A DNA stretch of 21,765 bases from Planctomycetota bacterium (GTDB lineage Bacteria; Planctomycetota; GCA-002687715; DRQF01): the NCBI GenBank assembly GCA_027001995.1, contig JALTLO010000156.1, positions 1 to 21,765 on the forward strand. The letters run 5' to 3'. Within the stretch, counting starts at the first letter, position 1, and the number at the start of each line of letters is the position of its first letter. Positions 1-7,802 of this stretch are shown in pieces. Made by a program: the position numbers and the translations under genes. A model generated the notes under the pieces. The model saw only the letters and a program-made list of their open reading frames with translations, was not told the origin of the DNA and searched no databases.

Positions 1-842
1 AGTACAACGCCAATCCAACTTGGAAAGAACGCTATAACCGCGACAAGGATCGCGGCGAACCAGAGCATGACTATCTGGAAACGACCATTTCTGGCGCGAG
101 TAGCGCAAGCCGCATCAGGAGCGCAAGAACGATTTTTGAAGTATGTTATGTAAAACGCGAATCCCAGTAAGACCGAGGCAGCTCCAAGAAACCAGGGTCT
201 GACCGATTCGAAGGCTGCGGACACCCCAGCTGCGGACATGCCAAATGCAACCAGCAGCAGTGGAAGCCAACAGCAGGCGGACGCCACAATGGCGGCAAGA
301 AGCGAACCACCGGCCGCCCAAAGCCCCCTAGGGCGTTCCTGGCCTGATTCGGTTGCCATATCGGCAAAAACCGCATGTCCCGCAACTGAACAACAGTCGT
401 CATCCTCGGAGATGGCCGCCACGTCTACGGTGCCCATTGCCTTTTCGGTCGCTTTCCGAATGTCGCTGAGGCAGCATTTCCCCTTGGGGTTCTTGAGCTC
501 ACAGGCACAATTACCTGCGGCAACTTCAGCTTTGATCGAAGAGAATGCCGTACTGACGCCGGTGCGTTCAATCTCCTCGCGAATACTCTCCTCGGAGTGA
601 CCAAAGCAGTAGCAGACCGTGTGCGGGGGGGCCTCGACCTTGGCTCCGATTCGCACGGTGACGTCGTCCTGTCCGACGGTCGTTCCGGCACTGGAAAAGT
701 AGGCCACAGAGCAGCCGGGTTTGGAGCAGAATGCCCAGGATTCCTCGTCGGTTGGCGACCGTTCTGGACAGACGAGCGCCTTCAGGGTTGCGACGCCGAC
801 TTTTTGGCCAGTCGTCTTGCAGTCAGGGCACTTGGATTTCAT
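1..842 (-). CDS. Fusion of a CopZ-N-terminal-like Zn/[2Fe-2S] (BFD-like) domain and a MerT-family mercuric transporter domain; 3' end outside the window
   Basis: Translated by hand; absent from the ORF track because its stop lies outside the window. ATG at 842 follows GGAGG. Reads MKSKCPDCKTTG...WAFCSKPGCSVAYF...TVCYCFGH...NCACELKNPKGKCCLSDI, a linker DDDCCS, then in the same frame without a stop MATES...LLAAIVASACCWLPLLLVAFG...VRPWFLG...GFAFYITYFKNRSCAPDAAC...MLWFAAILVAVIAFFPSW (MerT TM1 CC pair plus the loop Cys pair). Confidence 0.88.
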   Translation of the reverse strand, partial: MKSKCPDCKTTGQKVGVATLKALVCPERSPTDEESWAFCSKPGCSVAYFSSAGTTVGQDDVTVRIGAKVEAPPHTVCYCFGHSEESIREEIERTGVSTAFSSIKAEVAAGNCACELKNPKGKCCLSDIRKATEKAMGTVDVAAISEDDDCCSVAGHAVFADMATESGQERPRGLWAAGGSLLAAIVASACCWLPLLLVAFGMSAAGVSAAFESVRPWFLGAASVLLGFAFYITYFKNRSCAPDAACATRARNGRFQIVMLWFAAILVAVIAFFPSWIGVV

Positions 843-885
843 AGCGTCCTCCGGTTCGAGACCCGATGCCTCCAACTACTTGAAC

Positions 886-907
886 GCCTTGAACCCAGGT
901 GCAGGGT
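886..907 (-). promoter_or_regulatory. Degenerate MerR-family operator dyad upstream of the CopZ-MerT fusion
   Basis: Minus strand ACCCTGCACCTGGGTTCAAGGC aligns with the dyads at 1363-1384 and 6616-6637; its -35/-10 elements are poor. Confidence 0.55.
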
Positions 908-918
908 TTCCAACTAAT

Positions 919-1350
919 TCAGTTTTTCTTTCGCCGGTCCGATTTGCCGCTCTTGCGACGGAGTTCATCGACCACTTCACACGGGGCGGCCGGGTCGGCA
1001 GCGAGACATTGATCCAGGGCCCCTTTGAGCGTGTCTTTCAGCAGCCGCAGTTCGCGCATCTGCCCACGAACGGACTCCAGCCTGGACTCAATCAGGAGGC
1101 GCACCTCGCCGCAAGGGGCCAGCTCGCCGTCGGCGAACCGCAACAGCCCCTCGACGTCATCAAGCGTGAATCCGTTTGCTTGTGCGGCGCGAATGAACCG
1201 GACACGTTCGGCGGCATCATCGTCAAACACACGGTAGTTGCCGCTTGTTCGGAGACTGGGACGAATCAGTCCTCGACGTTCGTAGTACCGCAGGGTCGAG
1301 ACGGGCACATTGGCAGCCTTGGCGAGTTTTCCAATAGTCATGCGGGCCAT
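919..1350 (-). CDS. MerR-family heavy-metal-responsive transcriptional regulator
   Basis: HTH MTIGKLAKAANVPVSTLRYYERRGLI...GNYRVF, then RFIRAAQANGFTLDDV. Cys at the start of the dimerisation helix (APCGEV) plus CLAADPAAPC gives the three-Cys set of divalent-metal sensors (MerR/ZntR/CadR/PbrR). Confidence 0.93.
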   Translation of the reverse strand: MARMTIGKLAKAANVPVSTLRYYERRGLIRPSLRTSGNYRVFDDDAAERVRFIRAAQANGFTLDDVEGLLRFADGELAPCGEVRLLIESRLESVRGQMRELRLLKDTLKGALDQCLAADPAAPCEVVDELRRKSGKSDRRKKN

Positions 1351-1356
1351 GGAACC

Positions 1357-1387
1357 ATGATAACCCTTTACCCAGACTAAAGGTCAA
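1357..1387 (-). promoter_or_regulatory. MerR-type sigma70 promoter with 19-bp spacer and operator dyad
   Basis: Minus strand TTGACC-tttagtctgggtaaagggt(19)-TATCAT; dyad CCTTTA-n7-TAAAGG. The ATG at 1350 lies 6 nt after the -10 element. Confidence 0.85.
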
Positions 1388-1490
1388 GGGTGGAGCGGAC
1401 TCTTGGTCGGAGTAATTCCAAGGGGTGCTTTCTCACGATCTTGGCCGCGAATGTCAGCCCACTTGCCCGTGATCGCCAAGTGATCTCAAC

Positions 1491-2291
1491 TTGGACGAAA
1501 AAAAGAGCCTGCGAGGTGCCTTATCGCTTCTAGAACAAATCTTACCCAAAGACGACCCACGCCAATCGATTCTATGGTCGACACCAATTCGTTTCGTTGA
1601 AAGCCAGGGTCGCAGTGACGTCGGTGCACGGTGGGACCCAGTGAGCGCTTCTATCGAAGTGGGCCGACCCGGTTTCGTTGATCAGCTGCGGTTCACTATC
1701 GTGTTAGCCCATGAATTCACTCACGCTTTAGACAAAAAGCAAAGTCCAGCAGACATCATGACTTTGCTGCAAAGCGAAGAACGGGCTTATGCATCAGAAT
1801 CGTCGGTAATTCGTCCGATGAAATCTGTCATCGCCGGCTTGGAGGACATCAATCCCCCTGAGCGCGCTTTTCTTCAACTTGCTCTGAAGCGACATAAGAG
1901 ATCTGGATCTCTACTCTTGAAGATGACGCGCTTTCGACTCAGCCTCATCGCTATAGCTTTCAATATGAGCCAGCTCAGAACGCAAATTCAAGCAGCCGGT
2001 AATTCTTCTGAACATGCTCAATTGATAAAATCCTGGGAATCACAACTACAACAGGTTTGCGTCGCCGACCGGCCGATCAATCCCCAAGATGGCCAAATTG
2101 TAAACACAGTTCTCCAACGTTTCCGCCAGTACATAGCCACCAACCCAAACTTCCATGCCGCCGGATTCGACGCCCTTTTATCCGCTATTGAAAGAGCTCA
2201 GATAGATTTGGCCACAATCGGCAAATCTTCGAGATCACTTGCATCAATCGAAGCGCGTCTCGCGCGCCTTCAGGATGCGTTGAAGCGTTGA
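1491..2291 (+). CDS. Hypothetical protein with HExxH zinc-metallopeptidase-like motif; start uncertain
   Basis: 266-aa ORF with VLAHEFTHALD followed by SEERAYASE (possible third-ligand Glu); TTG start without a clear RBS. Confidence 0.6.
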   Translation: MDEKKSLRGALSLLEQILPKDDPRQSILWSTPIRFVESQGRSDVGARWDPVSASIEVGRPGFVDQLRFTIVLAHEFTHALDKKQSPADIMTLLQSEERAYASESSVIRPMKSVIAGLEDINPPERAFLQLALKRHKRSGSLLLKMTRFRLSLIAIAFNMSQLRTQIQAAGNSSEHAQLIKSWESQLQQVCVADRPINPQDGQIVNTVLQRFRQYIATNPNFHAAGFDALLSAIERAQIDLATIGKSSRSLASIEARLARLQDALKR

Positions 2292-2452
2292 CACGGCGGA
2301 GCAATCCTGGTGAAAATCTCCTTTGGGTTCAGTGGCACACGTGGGCCAAATGTACTTATCACAAACTTAACTCAAGGCCTTATCCTGCGAGTCGACGAAG
2401 ATCATCCAGCGTATCGACCAAACTCTTTTTAGTCGACGCTGTGGGTTTAATC

Positions 2453-3784
2453 TCAGCCGTCATGAAGGAGTAAAGATTTGACCTCTTTGATCCATGGGGG
2501 AATCATGACTAATGTCGAAGGGTGGTTCTTTTCTCTTGATTGATCTTCCAAGTAAGCAAGCCACAGAGGTAGAAACTCCTCCCATTGTGGCAAGGGGTGA
2601 ATACTGAAGGATGTCATAGCCCTCAGGGGTTGAAACCCAACATACAAGTAAGAAGAACAACCGAAAACAGCAAAGATGAGTTCTGGGCGGCGGTGAACAG
2701 GAACGGAAGCAAAGGCAGCCAACGCAAGCTCGGTGGTGGCTCGGGCCAGATCGTAGGTGAGAACTTCACTCAGGCATTCGTAGTTACCTTCGACCTGCAA
2801 GACATCGTTGATCATGGCGGGCAACAAACCACTCAGAATATGCAGGGCCAAGCCGTCATTATCGCGCAACAGAGTGGCCGATGCGAAACGCAAGATCTCA
2901 TCCACTTCTTGGGGTTGAAACCGCGCCCCTTTTTCCACTTTCTTAAAGAACTCGACCACTGCTTCTTGTTCGGAATCCAAGACCGGAGGCAGCTCCCAGT
3001 CCGGGCATTTCTTGCGCCCACAAAACACCACTGTGTCTCGAAGCAGGTCATAACCCGCCAAGTCGAATTTTGGATTGACGATCAAATCTCGACAAAGCTG
3101 ACGAAAGTCGTCGGCATCAAGGCGAGAGAGAGCCTGATCAAAAACCTCCAACCCATCGGTTGTGTGGCGGAATCGACTTGTTTGACCGGGAGCCAGTCCG
3201 AATTCCTGGGCTAGCAGATTGTTGTCGTCAGCAACAACAGTGTTTGCGAATTCGCTGATATCGAAGGCTTCTGGGTGCCAATCGCCCAGCCACTCCCCTA
3301 AGCTTTCCTCTTCTCCCCAAGGGTCTACCCCGGTCTTGGCAAAGGTGGACACCCTCTCGTAACCGCCATAACCGCCACAATCCTCCGGCGGAAAACTCCT
3401 GGCACCGTCGACCAAAATCATTTTCGCGTCGCCATCATGTTTTGTTCGACCTACAAGTTTGACCTTATGCTCCCAGCCATCGCCGAAATCATAGAGATAA
3501 CGACAAGTACTACCTTTTCGTTTGAAGTAGTCTTTAACCAAAATGGTCGTGGCATCAGGGCAATCTAGATCATAGTCATCATTGGGCACTCCAGCGATTT
3601 CTTGATTCTTGTTGTTCAGAAACCCCCACAAATGACAGTCCAACCACCCACAGGCCTGAATCGCTTGGTGCAAATCATAGAATGTGGAAGTTTCAGGGAT
3701 CTCAAACTGGCGATAGATGGGCGGGAAGATGTTCTCGATATCAACCCGAAACTCTAAGTATTTCAATTTTTCAAACTCCGGCAT
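2453..3784 (-). CDS. Plasmid pRiA4b ORF3-like family protein with C-terminal extension
   Basis: Family motifs PPIYRQFEIP..TFYDLHQAIQ..GW.DCHLWGF, YLYDFGDGWEHKV and GARSFPPEDCGGYGGY in the N-terminal ~180 aa; the C-terminal half is not recognised. Confidence 0.85.
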   Translation of the reverse strand: MPEFEKLKYLEFRVDIENIFPPIYRQFEIPETSTFYDLHQAIQACGWLDCHLWGFLNNKNQEIAGVPNDDYDLDCPDATTILVKDYFKRKGSTCRYLYDFGDGWEHKVKLVGRTKHDGDAKMILVDGARSFPPEDCGGYGGYERVSTFAKTGVDPWGEEESLGEWLGDWHPEAFDISEFANTVVADDNNLLAQEFGLAPGQTSRFRHTTDGLEVFDQALSRLDADDFRQLCRDLIVNPKFDLAGYDLLRDTVVFCGRKKCPDWELPPVLDSEQEAVVEFFKKVEKGARFQPQEVDEILRFASATLLRDNDGLALHILSGLLPAMINDVLQVEGNYECLSEVLTYDLARATTELALAAFASVPVHRRPELIFAVFGCSSYLYVGFQPLRAMTSFSIHPLPQWEEFLPLWLAYLEDQSREKNHPSTLVMIPPWIKEVKSLLLHDG

Positions 3785-4472
3785 CAAGAGTCATGAAGAA
3801 GAAGCAAGGTGCACAATATTCGTTTCTTTCGAACAGCGGTGGCCCCTAGCAGAAGCAGGTGTTTGGTGAAAATACGGACACACACGGTGTCGCAAACAAA
3901 ATTACCAAAGATCATGATTCTGAACAATTCGTTGTAGCACGCCCCGTGGAGTCTGATAGGATTGGCAAGCTAAATCGAGGGTTGATGTCTATCCCTCTAT
4001 GTCTGAGGTCCATCTGGCTGGAATCTATCCTTAAGATTCATGGCATCCTACAGTAATCAACACACCTGCACAGAATCCCCAGCCCCCATGAGACAAGACA
4101 ACCAAATCCCTTGTTGATCACGAGCTGGTTCCCCCAGATTGAATCCAGGCAAGCCCACTCTTAGAACCTTTATTCCGCAACAGCTTGCGACCCGAGTGAT
4201 TCTTCGTGTCCAGGCCATTTTTTCGCCAATGCTTCCTGTTCTTTGAGTCAGTCCCATCTTCATCAATATTCTTTCTCCGAAGCTCAATGGGCTGCGTGTC
4301 CCTGATCTTCGAATCCAGTTTTTTCTCTCGTCTTTTCAACGCTTACCGCCTAGCCCGAAGACTTCACGATCTTTCCAAGCCCACTGGCCATGTTTTACTT
4401 TGAAAAGAGGTCTTAAGAATCGTTGTTCCGAGCTTTCTTTGTGAGGCATTCTCTCGCACTACGCCCACGATC

Positions 4473-5003
4473 TCATGAATTCGTCGGCTTAGGAACCAAA
4501 GCAGGCGGCGATTGGGAATAGTCGACAATGGCATCGAAGGCCTTATTTTCCAGGATGGATTCGCTGCTGCCCATCCACGGATAGTAGAAAGGAGCGTTAT
4601 CGATCCTAAGGTGAAGCACACCATTGCGGGTTTCCAAAATACCAGTTGCTCTAATTGACATGGTTCCAGGCTTAAATCCGGCATCTTTGATCGCAATTGG
4701 CACTTTCGCGAGGTTGAGAGGGACGTTCTCTGAGGGCGTCACAAAGGCCAAGTTTTCTTGCAAATCGATGCGTACATGTTTGACGCCATCCAGGCGTCGA
4801 AGGGCGTCAGCGACACCCTTGGCTCATGGAGTTCACTCCATCCCCAGCGCTTGCACCTTAATGGCCATGAGACCGGACTTAATAGCGACTTGAGATTGTC
4901 GATTACCTTCCCTCGAAGAGGATTCCGACGGCGCTTTGTTCGAGGATGCGCAACTGATCAGTGCGAACAAGAGAAAAGCGCTTGATACCAACAATGTCTT
5001 CAT
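4473..5003 (-). CDS. HMA (MerP/CopZ-like) domain lipoprotein with two in-frame UGA codons at the CxxC positions; candidate UxxU selenoprotein, 176 aa
   Basis: AGGAGG, ATG 5003, signal peptide and lipobox MKTLLVSSAFLLFALISC. Continues IKVQALGME-TGA(4833-4835)-T-P-TGA(4824-4826)-AKGVADALRRLDGVKHVRIDLQENLAFV...IAIKDAGFKP, a complete HMA pattern. Joins track ORFs 4833..5054 and 4473..4763 in one frame. Confidence 0.85.
4782..4820 (-). other. Two tandem candidate bacterial SECIS hairpins
   Basis: mRNA AAGGGUGUC-GCU-GACGCCCUU (4800-4820; 9-bp stem, loop 21 nt after UGA1) and GACGCC-UGGAU-GGCGUC (4782-4798; 6-bp stem, loop 31 nt after UGA2). Both loops have a G in the first two positions. Confidence 0.55.
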
Positions 5004-5017
5004 GAAAATCGTGCCTC

Positions 5018-5947
5018 CTAAAAGATAAACTTCACACCCAAAGTTGCGCCCCATTGGCGGCGTCCGAAAGGATCGTCAATATTCTGGAAGATTGGAACCT
5101 GGATAGAGGCCTCAATCAACACGTCTCGATTCAAGTATATTTGGACACCGGGAGCAGCCCAGACTTCGAAGCCACCGTCGTCCAAACCACCTCGGCTGCC
5201 GATACTTTCGGAGCGATACGTTGAGAGGAGTTCGAAAACACCTCGCACCTCAACCTCTTGTTCTTCTGGATCAAAAGTAGCGGGAGTGATTCGATACCAA
5301 TACGCCAAGTTGAGATGGAAGGAATCACCAAGTCGAAAACCCTCATGGCGCGTTCGATGTCGATAGAACACCTCAGCGGAAAAGCGATGACGGTCACGGA
5401 TAATAGTAAAAGCGCTCCCTACGCCGACACCCCATCCGCCCGATCCAAGCTGGAGCTTCCGTGGCAACTCGACACCGGCTTCTCGCTCACGATGTCTGCC
5501 GGTCGGCGCGACGCCCTCAACCATCACCGCCCAACGCGTTGACTCAAGGACACCGTCTTCTTGAAACAGAGAATATTTCAATCTTAGCTCAAGGTCGCCA
5601 AGTCCAAATAGGGAATCACTCTCATCGAGGCCAGATGGTGTCTTGAATTCCAAATCTCGGTAGAGAGTTGGAACCGTAAGTCGAGTCTCCAAAGTTGGAG
5701 TTGGGCTGTAAACGAATTGGAGCAAAGATCGAACTTCTTTGACATGAGCAAATGACCGATAGGACAAAAGCTCAATCAATGTCGGTAGCTCAGGCGAATT
5801 GACGCCGGCATTGGCGGTGAGAATCTGCCCACTTGTTGCAGGTGCAAGTAGCAAGAAGGAAATAGCGAGAACCAAGTGAAAACGGATACCAATTCGGCCT
5901 CTATTCTGATGTGCCCAACCACTGTTTGGACTTGATGTTTCAGACAT
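5018..5947 (-). CDS. Putative outer-membrane beta-barrel transporter (MetA-pathway/SphA-like family)
   Basis: Signal peptide, GLGDLELRLKY, PTG...LQLGSGGW, amphipathic beta-strands, APGVQ, and a C-terminal aromatic residue (GVKFIF); RBS AGAGGA. Confidence 0.8.
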   Translation of the reverse strand: MSETSSPNSGWAHQNRGRIGIRFHLVLAISFLLLAPATSGQILTANAGVNSPELPTLIELLSYRSFAHVKEVRSLLQFVYSPTPTLETRLTVPTLYRDLEFKTPSGLDESDSLFGLGDLELRLKYSLFQEDGVLESTRWAVMVEGVAPTGRHREREAGVELPRKLQLGSGGWGVGVGSAFTIIRDRHRFSAEVFYRHRTRHEGFRLGDSFHLNLAYWYRITPATFDPEEQEVEVRGVFELLSTYRSESIGSRGGLDDGGFEVWAAPGVQIYLNRDVLIEASIQVPIFQNIDDPFGRRQWGATLGVKFIF

Positions 5948-6186
5948 GGATTCCTCTTTCCTTATTCTGCTTCAGCTGACGTCGCATTCTGATCGTCATG
6001 AACTCCACCAACTCCGATCCGTCCGGCCGAGAAGGCAACTTTTGGTCAATACCTAACAAGCGTTCCATCCATCTTGACCATCACAGAGAGGTCGTTGTTT
6101 CCTATTCGCAGGAACACATCGCAGCGGAGCCTTGAAATGGGAACACAGTCTCTTTCGTGAGTTTTCTAATCATAAGCTCACCAGAT

Positions 6187-6588
6187 TCATTCATCATCCA
6201 TTGCCTCCAGAATGGAGCATTCACCTATCGGACCGTCATCAACGCATCGTTCGACCAAAGAAGCCAGTGCTCGTCGAATAGCGCGCAGTGAACGAATTTT
6301 CTCATCGACGTCGGCAATCTTGCCTTCAGCTCGCCGCCGGACGTCAGAGCATTTGGCGTTCTCCTTGGCGCGTAAATCAAGAAGGTCGCGGATCTCACGT
6401 AGTGTAAAGCCAAGCTCCTGCCCGCGTTTGATAAAACCGATTCTCTGAACATAGTGCTCCGGATACTGGCGGTAATTTGATGAACTTCTCGGCGGCTTCG
6501 GAATGAGCTTGATCTTCTCGTAGTAGCGCAGTGTTTCAGGATTGATCCTGCACCGGCGAGACAGCTGCGCTCTTGTTAGTCCATTCAT
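6187..6588 (-). CDS. MerR-family heavy-metal-responsive transcriptional regulator
   Basis: LTRAQLSRRCRINPETLRYYEKIKLIPKPPRSSSNYRQY, FIKRGQELGFTLREIRDLL; Cys triad KCSDV / RCVDDGPIGECSIL. Confidence 0.95.
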   Translation of the reverse strand: MNGLTRAQLSRRCRINPETLRYYEKIKLIPKPPRSSSNYRQYPEHYVQRIGFIKRGQELGFTLREIRDLLDLRAKENAKCSDVRRRAEGKIADVDEKIRSLRAIRRALASLVERCVDDGPIGECSILEAMDDE

Positions 6589-6608
6589 TCTTGGCTCCGT
6601 TGGGATGG

Positions 6609-6640
6609 ATCTTAAACCCTGTAGTTAGGTACAAGGTCAA
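6609..6640 (-). promoter_or_regulatory. MerR-type sigma70 promoter with 20-bp spacer and operator dyad
   Basis: Minus strand TTGACC-ttgtacctaactacagggtt(20)-TAAGAT; dyad ACCTTGTA-n6-TACAGGGT, resembling CadR/PbrR/MerR-type operators. Confidence 0.85.
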
Positions 6641-6758
6641 GGGAAATCAAGGTCATAGCATTTCGGGTAGTTCATTTTCCCGATTTTCACAACGATGCCG
6701 CGGGATGTAGACCGTGAGACTCGACATTGGATCAAGTCTCACGGATCTTGGGCACATG

Positions 6759-7802
6759 CTATCGGCCTCGGCCTCGTCGGAAGTGATTGTCACTGTTGGC
6801 AGCCAACTCGAGCCTTCCCAACATTCGTTTAACTTCGGCATTCTTCGGATCAAGAGCTCGGGCTTCCAAGGCGACTTTGCGTGAATTCTTGAGAGATCCA
6901 CGATAGAAAAACTCGGATGCGAGATAGAGTTGGGTTTCCACCGCGTCATCCGTCATGGACTTAAGGTAAGAATCAATCAATGCCCCCATGGGTGAATTCG
7001 ATTTATTCTCCGCCTTGAGCTTGATGAGCTCTTTGCGGCCTTTTTCGAATTCAACAATCGCGCGTCGAAAATCTTTGATGGCTTGGCTATGCCTCTTGGT
7101 GTTTTTAAGGGCTTTACGTTTGAGCTCGTGAGCCTTGGAATAGTGTTTCCTTCCATGAGCAAGACGTTTCATTGCCCTTTCATCTGCTCTCCTTGAGACC
7201 TTAGCCGCCCGATCTTCTGTTTTCTTCTTTCGAACCGTCATGGCTCGATCGGCAATGTCGTCCAAGAGTATGCGCGCTTGAGCGGCGAATTCTGTGAATG
7301 GATATTTCTCAAGCAACATCCCCAAATGGCGCTCGGCTTTCAGTATTTTTCCCGCCGCGATTTGCTCCCGAGACCAAGTAAGCATTCTTTCGCCAACTCG
7401 ATGTTCCAACGCCTTAAGTTCAATTTCAATCTTGCTGCCCAAACTGGTATCTGCCTTCTGGGCCAAACGAAAATGCCGACGGGACAATTCAAAGAGATCG
7501 TGATCCAAGGCGTAGGAGGCAATCTTCAGTTGCCCTTTGGCGTCATTAACTTGCGTCCGCGACTTCATCAGTCGATAGATGGTCCGGGGATGAAGCTCTG
7601 CGTAGGAATAGGTGACAATCTTCTTGTCCTTGAATCGGCGAACCTTGATCTTTCGCCCGTCATCGCTCAGCAAAGTACAGGTTTGAGCTTTACCGCTCCT
7701 CAACAAAATGGTGTGTGGGGCCTGCTGCAGATCAGAGGCAGAAAACGCCATCGTGTAGAATGTGAGACTAAAGACTAACGTGAGTGTCGTCTTGGAAATC
7801 AT
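6759..7802 (-). CDS. Hypothetical secreted, basic, alpha-helical (TPR-like) protein
   Basis: 347-aa ORF with signal peptide and TPR-like segments (EARALDPKNAEV); RBS GGAGG; ATGA overlap with the upstream gene. Confidence 0.75.
   Translation of the reverse strand: MISKTTLTLVFSLTFYTMAFSASDLQQAPHTILLRSGKAQTCTLLSDDGRKIKVRRFKDKKIVTYSYAELHPRTIYRLMKSRTQVNDAKGQLKIASYALDHDLFELSRRHFRLAQKADTSLGSKIEIELKALEHRVGERMLTWSREQIAAGKILKAERHLGMLLEKYPFTEFAAQARILLDDIADRAMTVRKKKTEDRAAKVSRRADERAMKRLAHGRKHYSKAHELKRKALKNTKRHSQAIKDFRRAIVEFEKGRKELIKLKAENKSNSPMGALIDSYLKSMTDDAVETQLYLASEFFYRGSLKNSRKVALEARALDPKNAEVKRMLGRLELAANSDNHFRRGRGR

Noticed and set aside
238..1380. Plus-strand ORFs 238..600, 597..917 and 721..1380
   Set aside because: Antisense shadows of the CopZ-MerT fusion and merR1.
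1390..1510. Possible frameshift at the A7 run near 1498-1504 extending the HExxH ORF upstream
   Set aside because: The upstream frame is open but not recognisably protein-like; cannot be supported without homologues.
2585..3214. 209-aa plus-strand ORF, and similar ones at 7278..7778, 13124..13783 and 19449..19949
   Set aside because: Antisense to well-supported genes, with no recognisable motifs.
3790..4470. Small ORFs (4118..4339, 4057..4287, 3859..4056)
   Set aside because: Overlapping, with no RBS or motif support; none can be preferred.
4473..5054. Two separate ORFs (4833..5054 and 4473..4763), or a pseudogene
   Set aside because: Same frame, stops only at the two motif Cys positions, and no other decay; recoding is more parsimonious, though not proven.
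5948..6186. Short ORFs or another UGA read-through gene between merR2 and the barrel
   Set aside because: The frames examined contain TAG or early stops and no recognisable motif.
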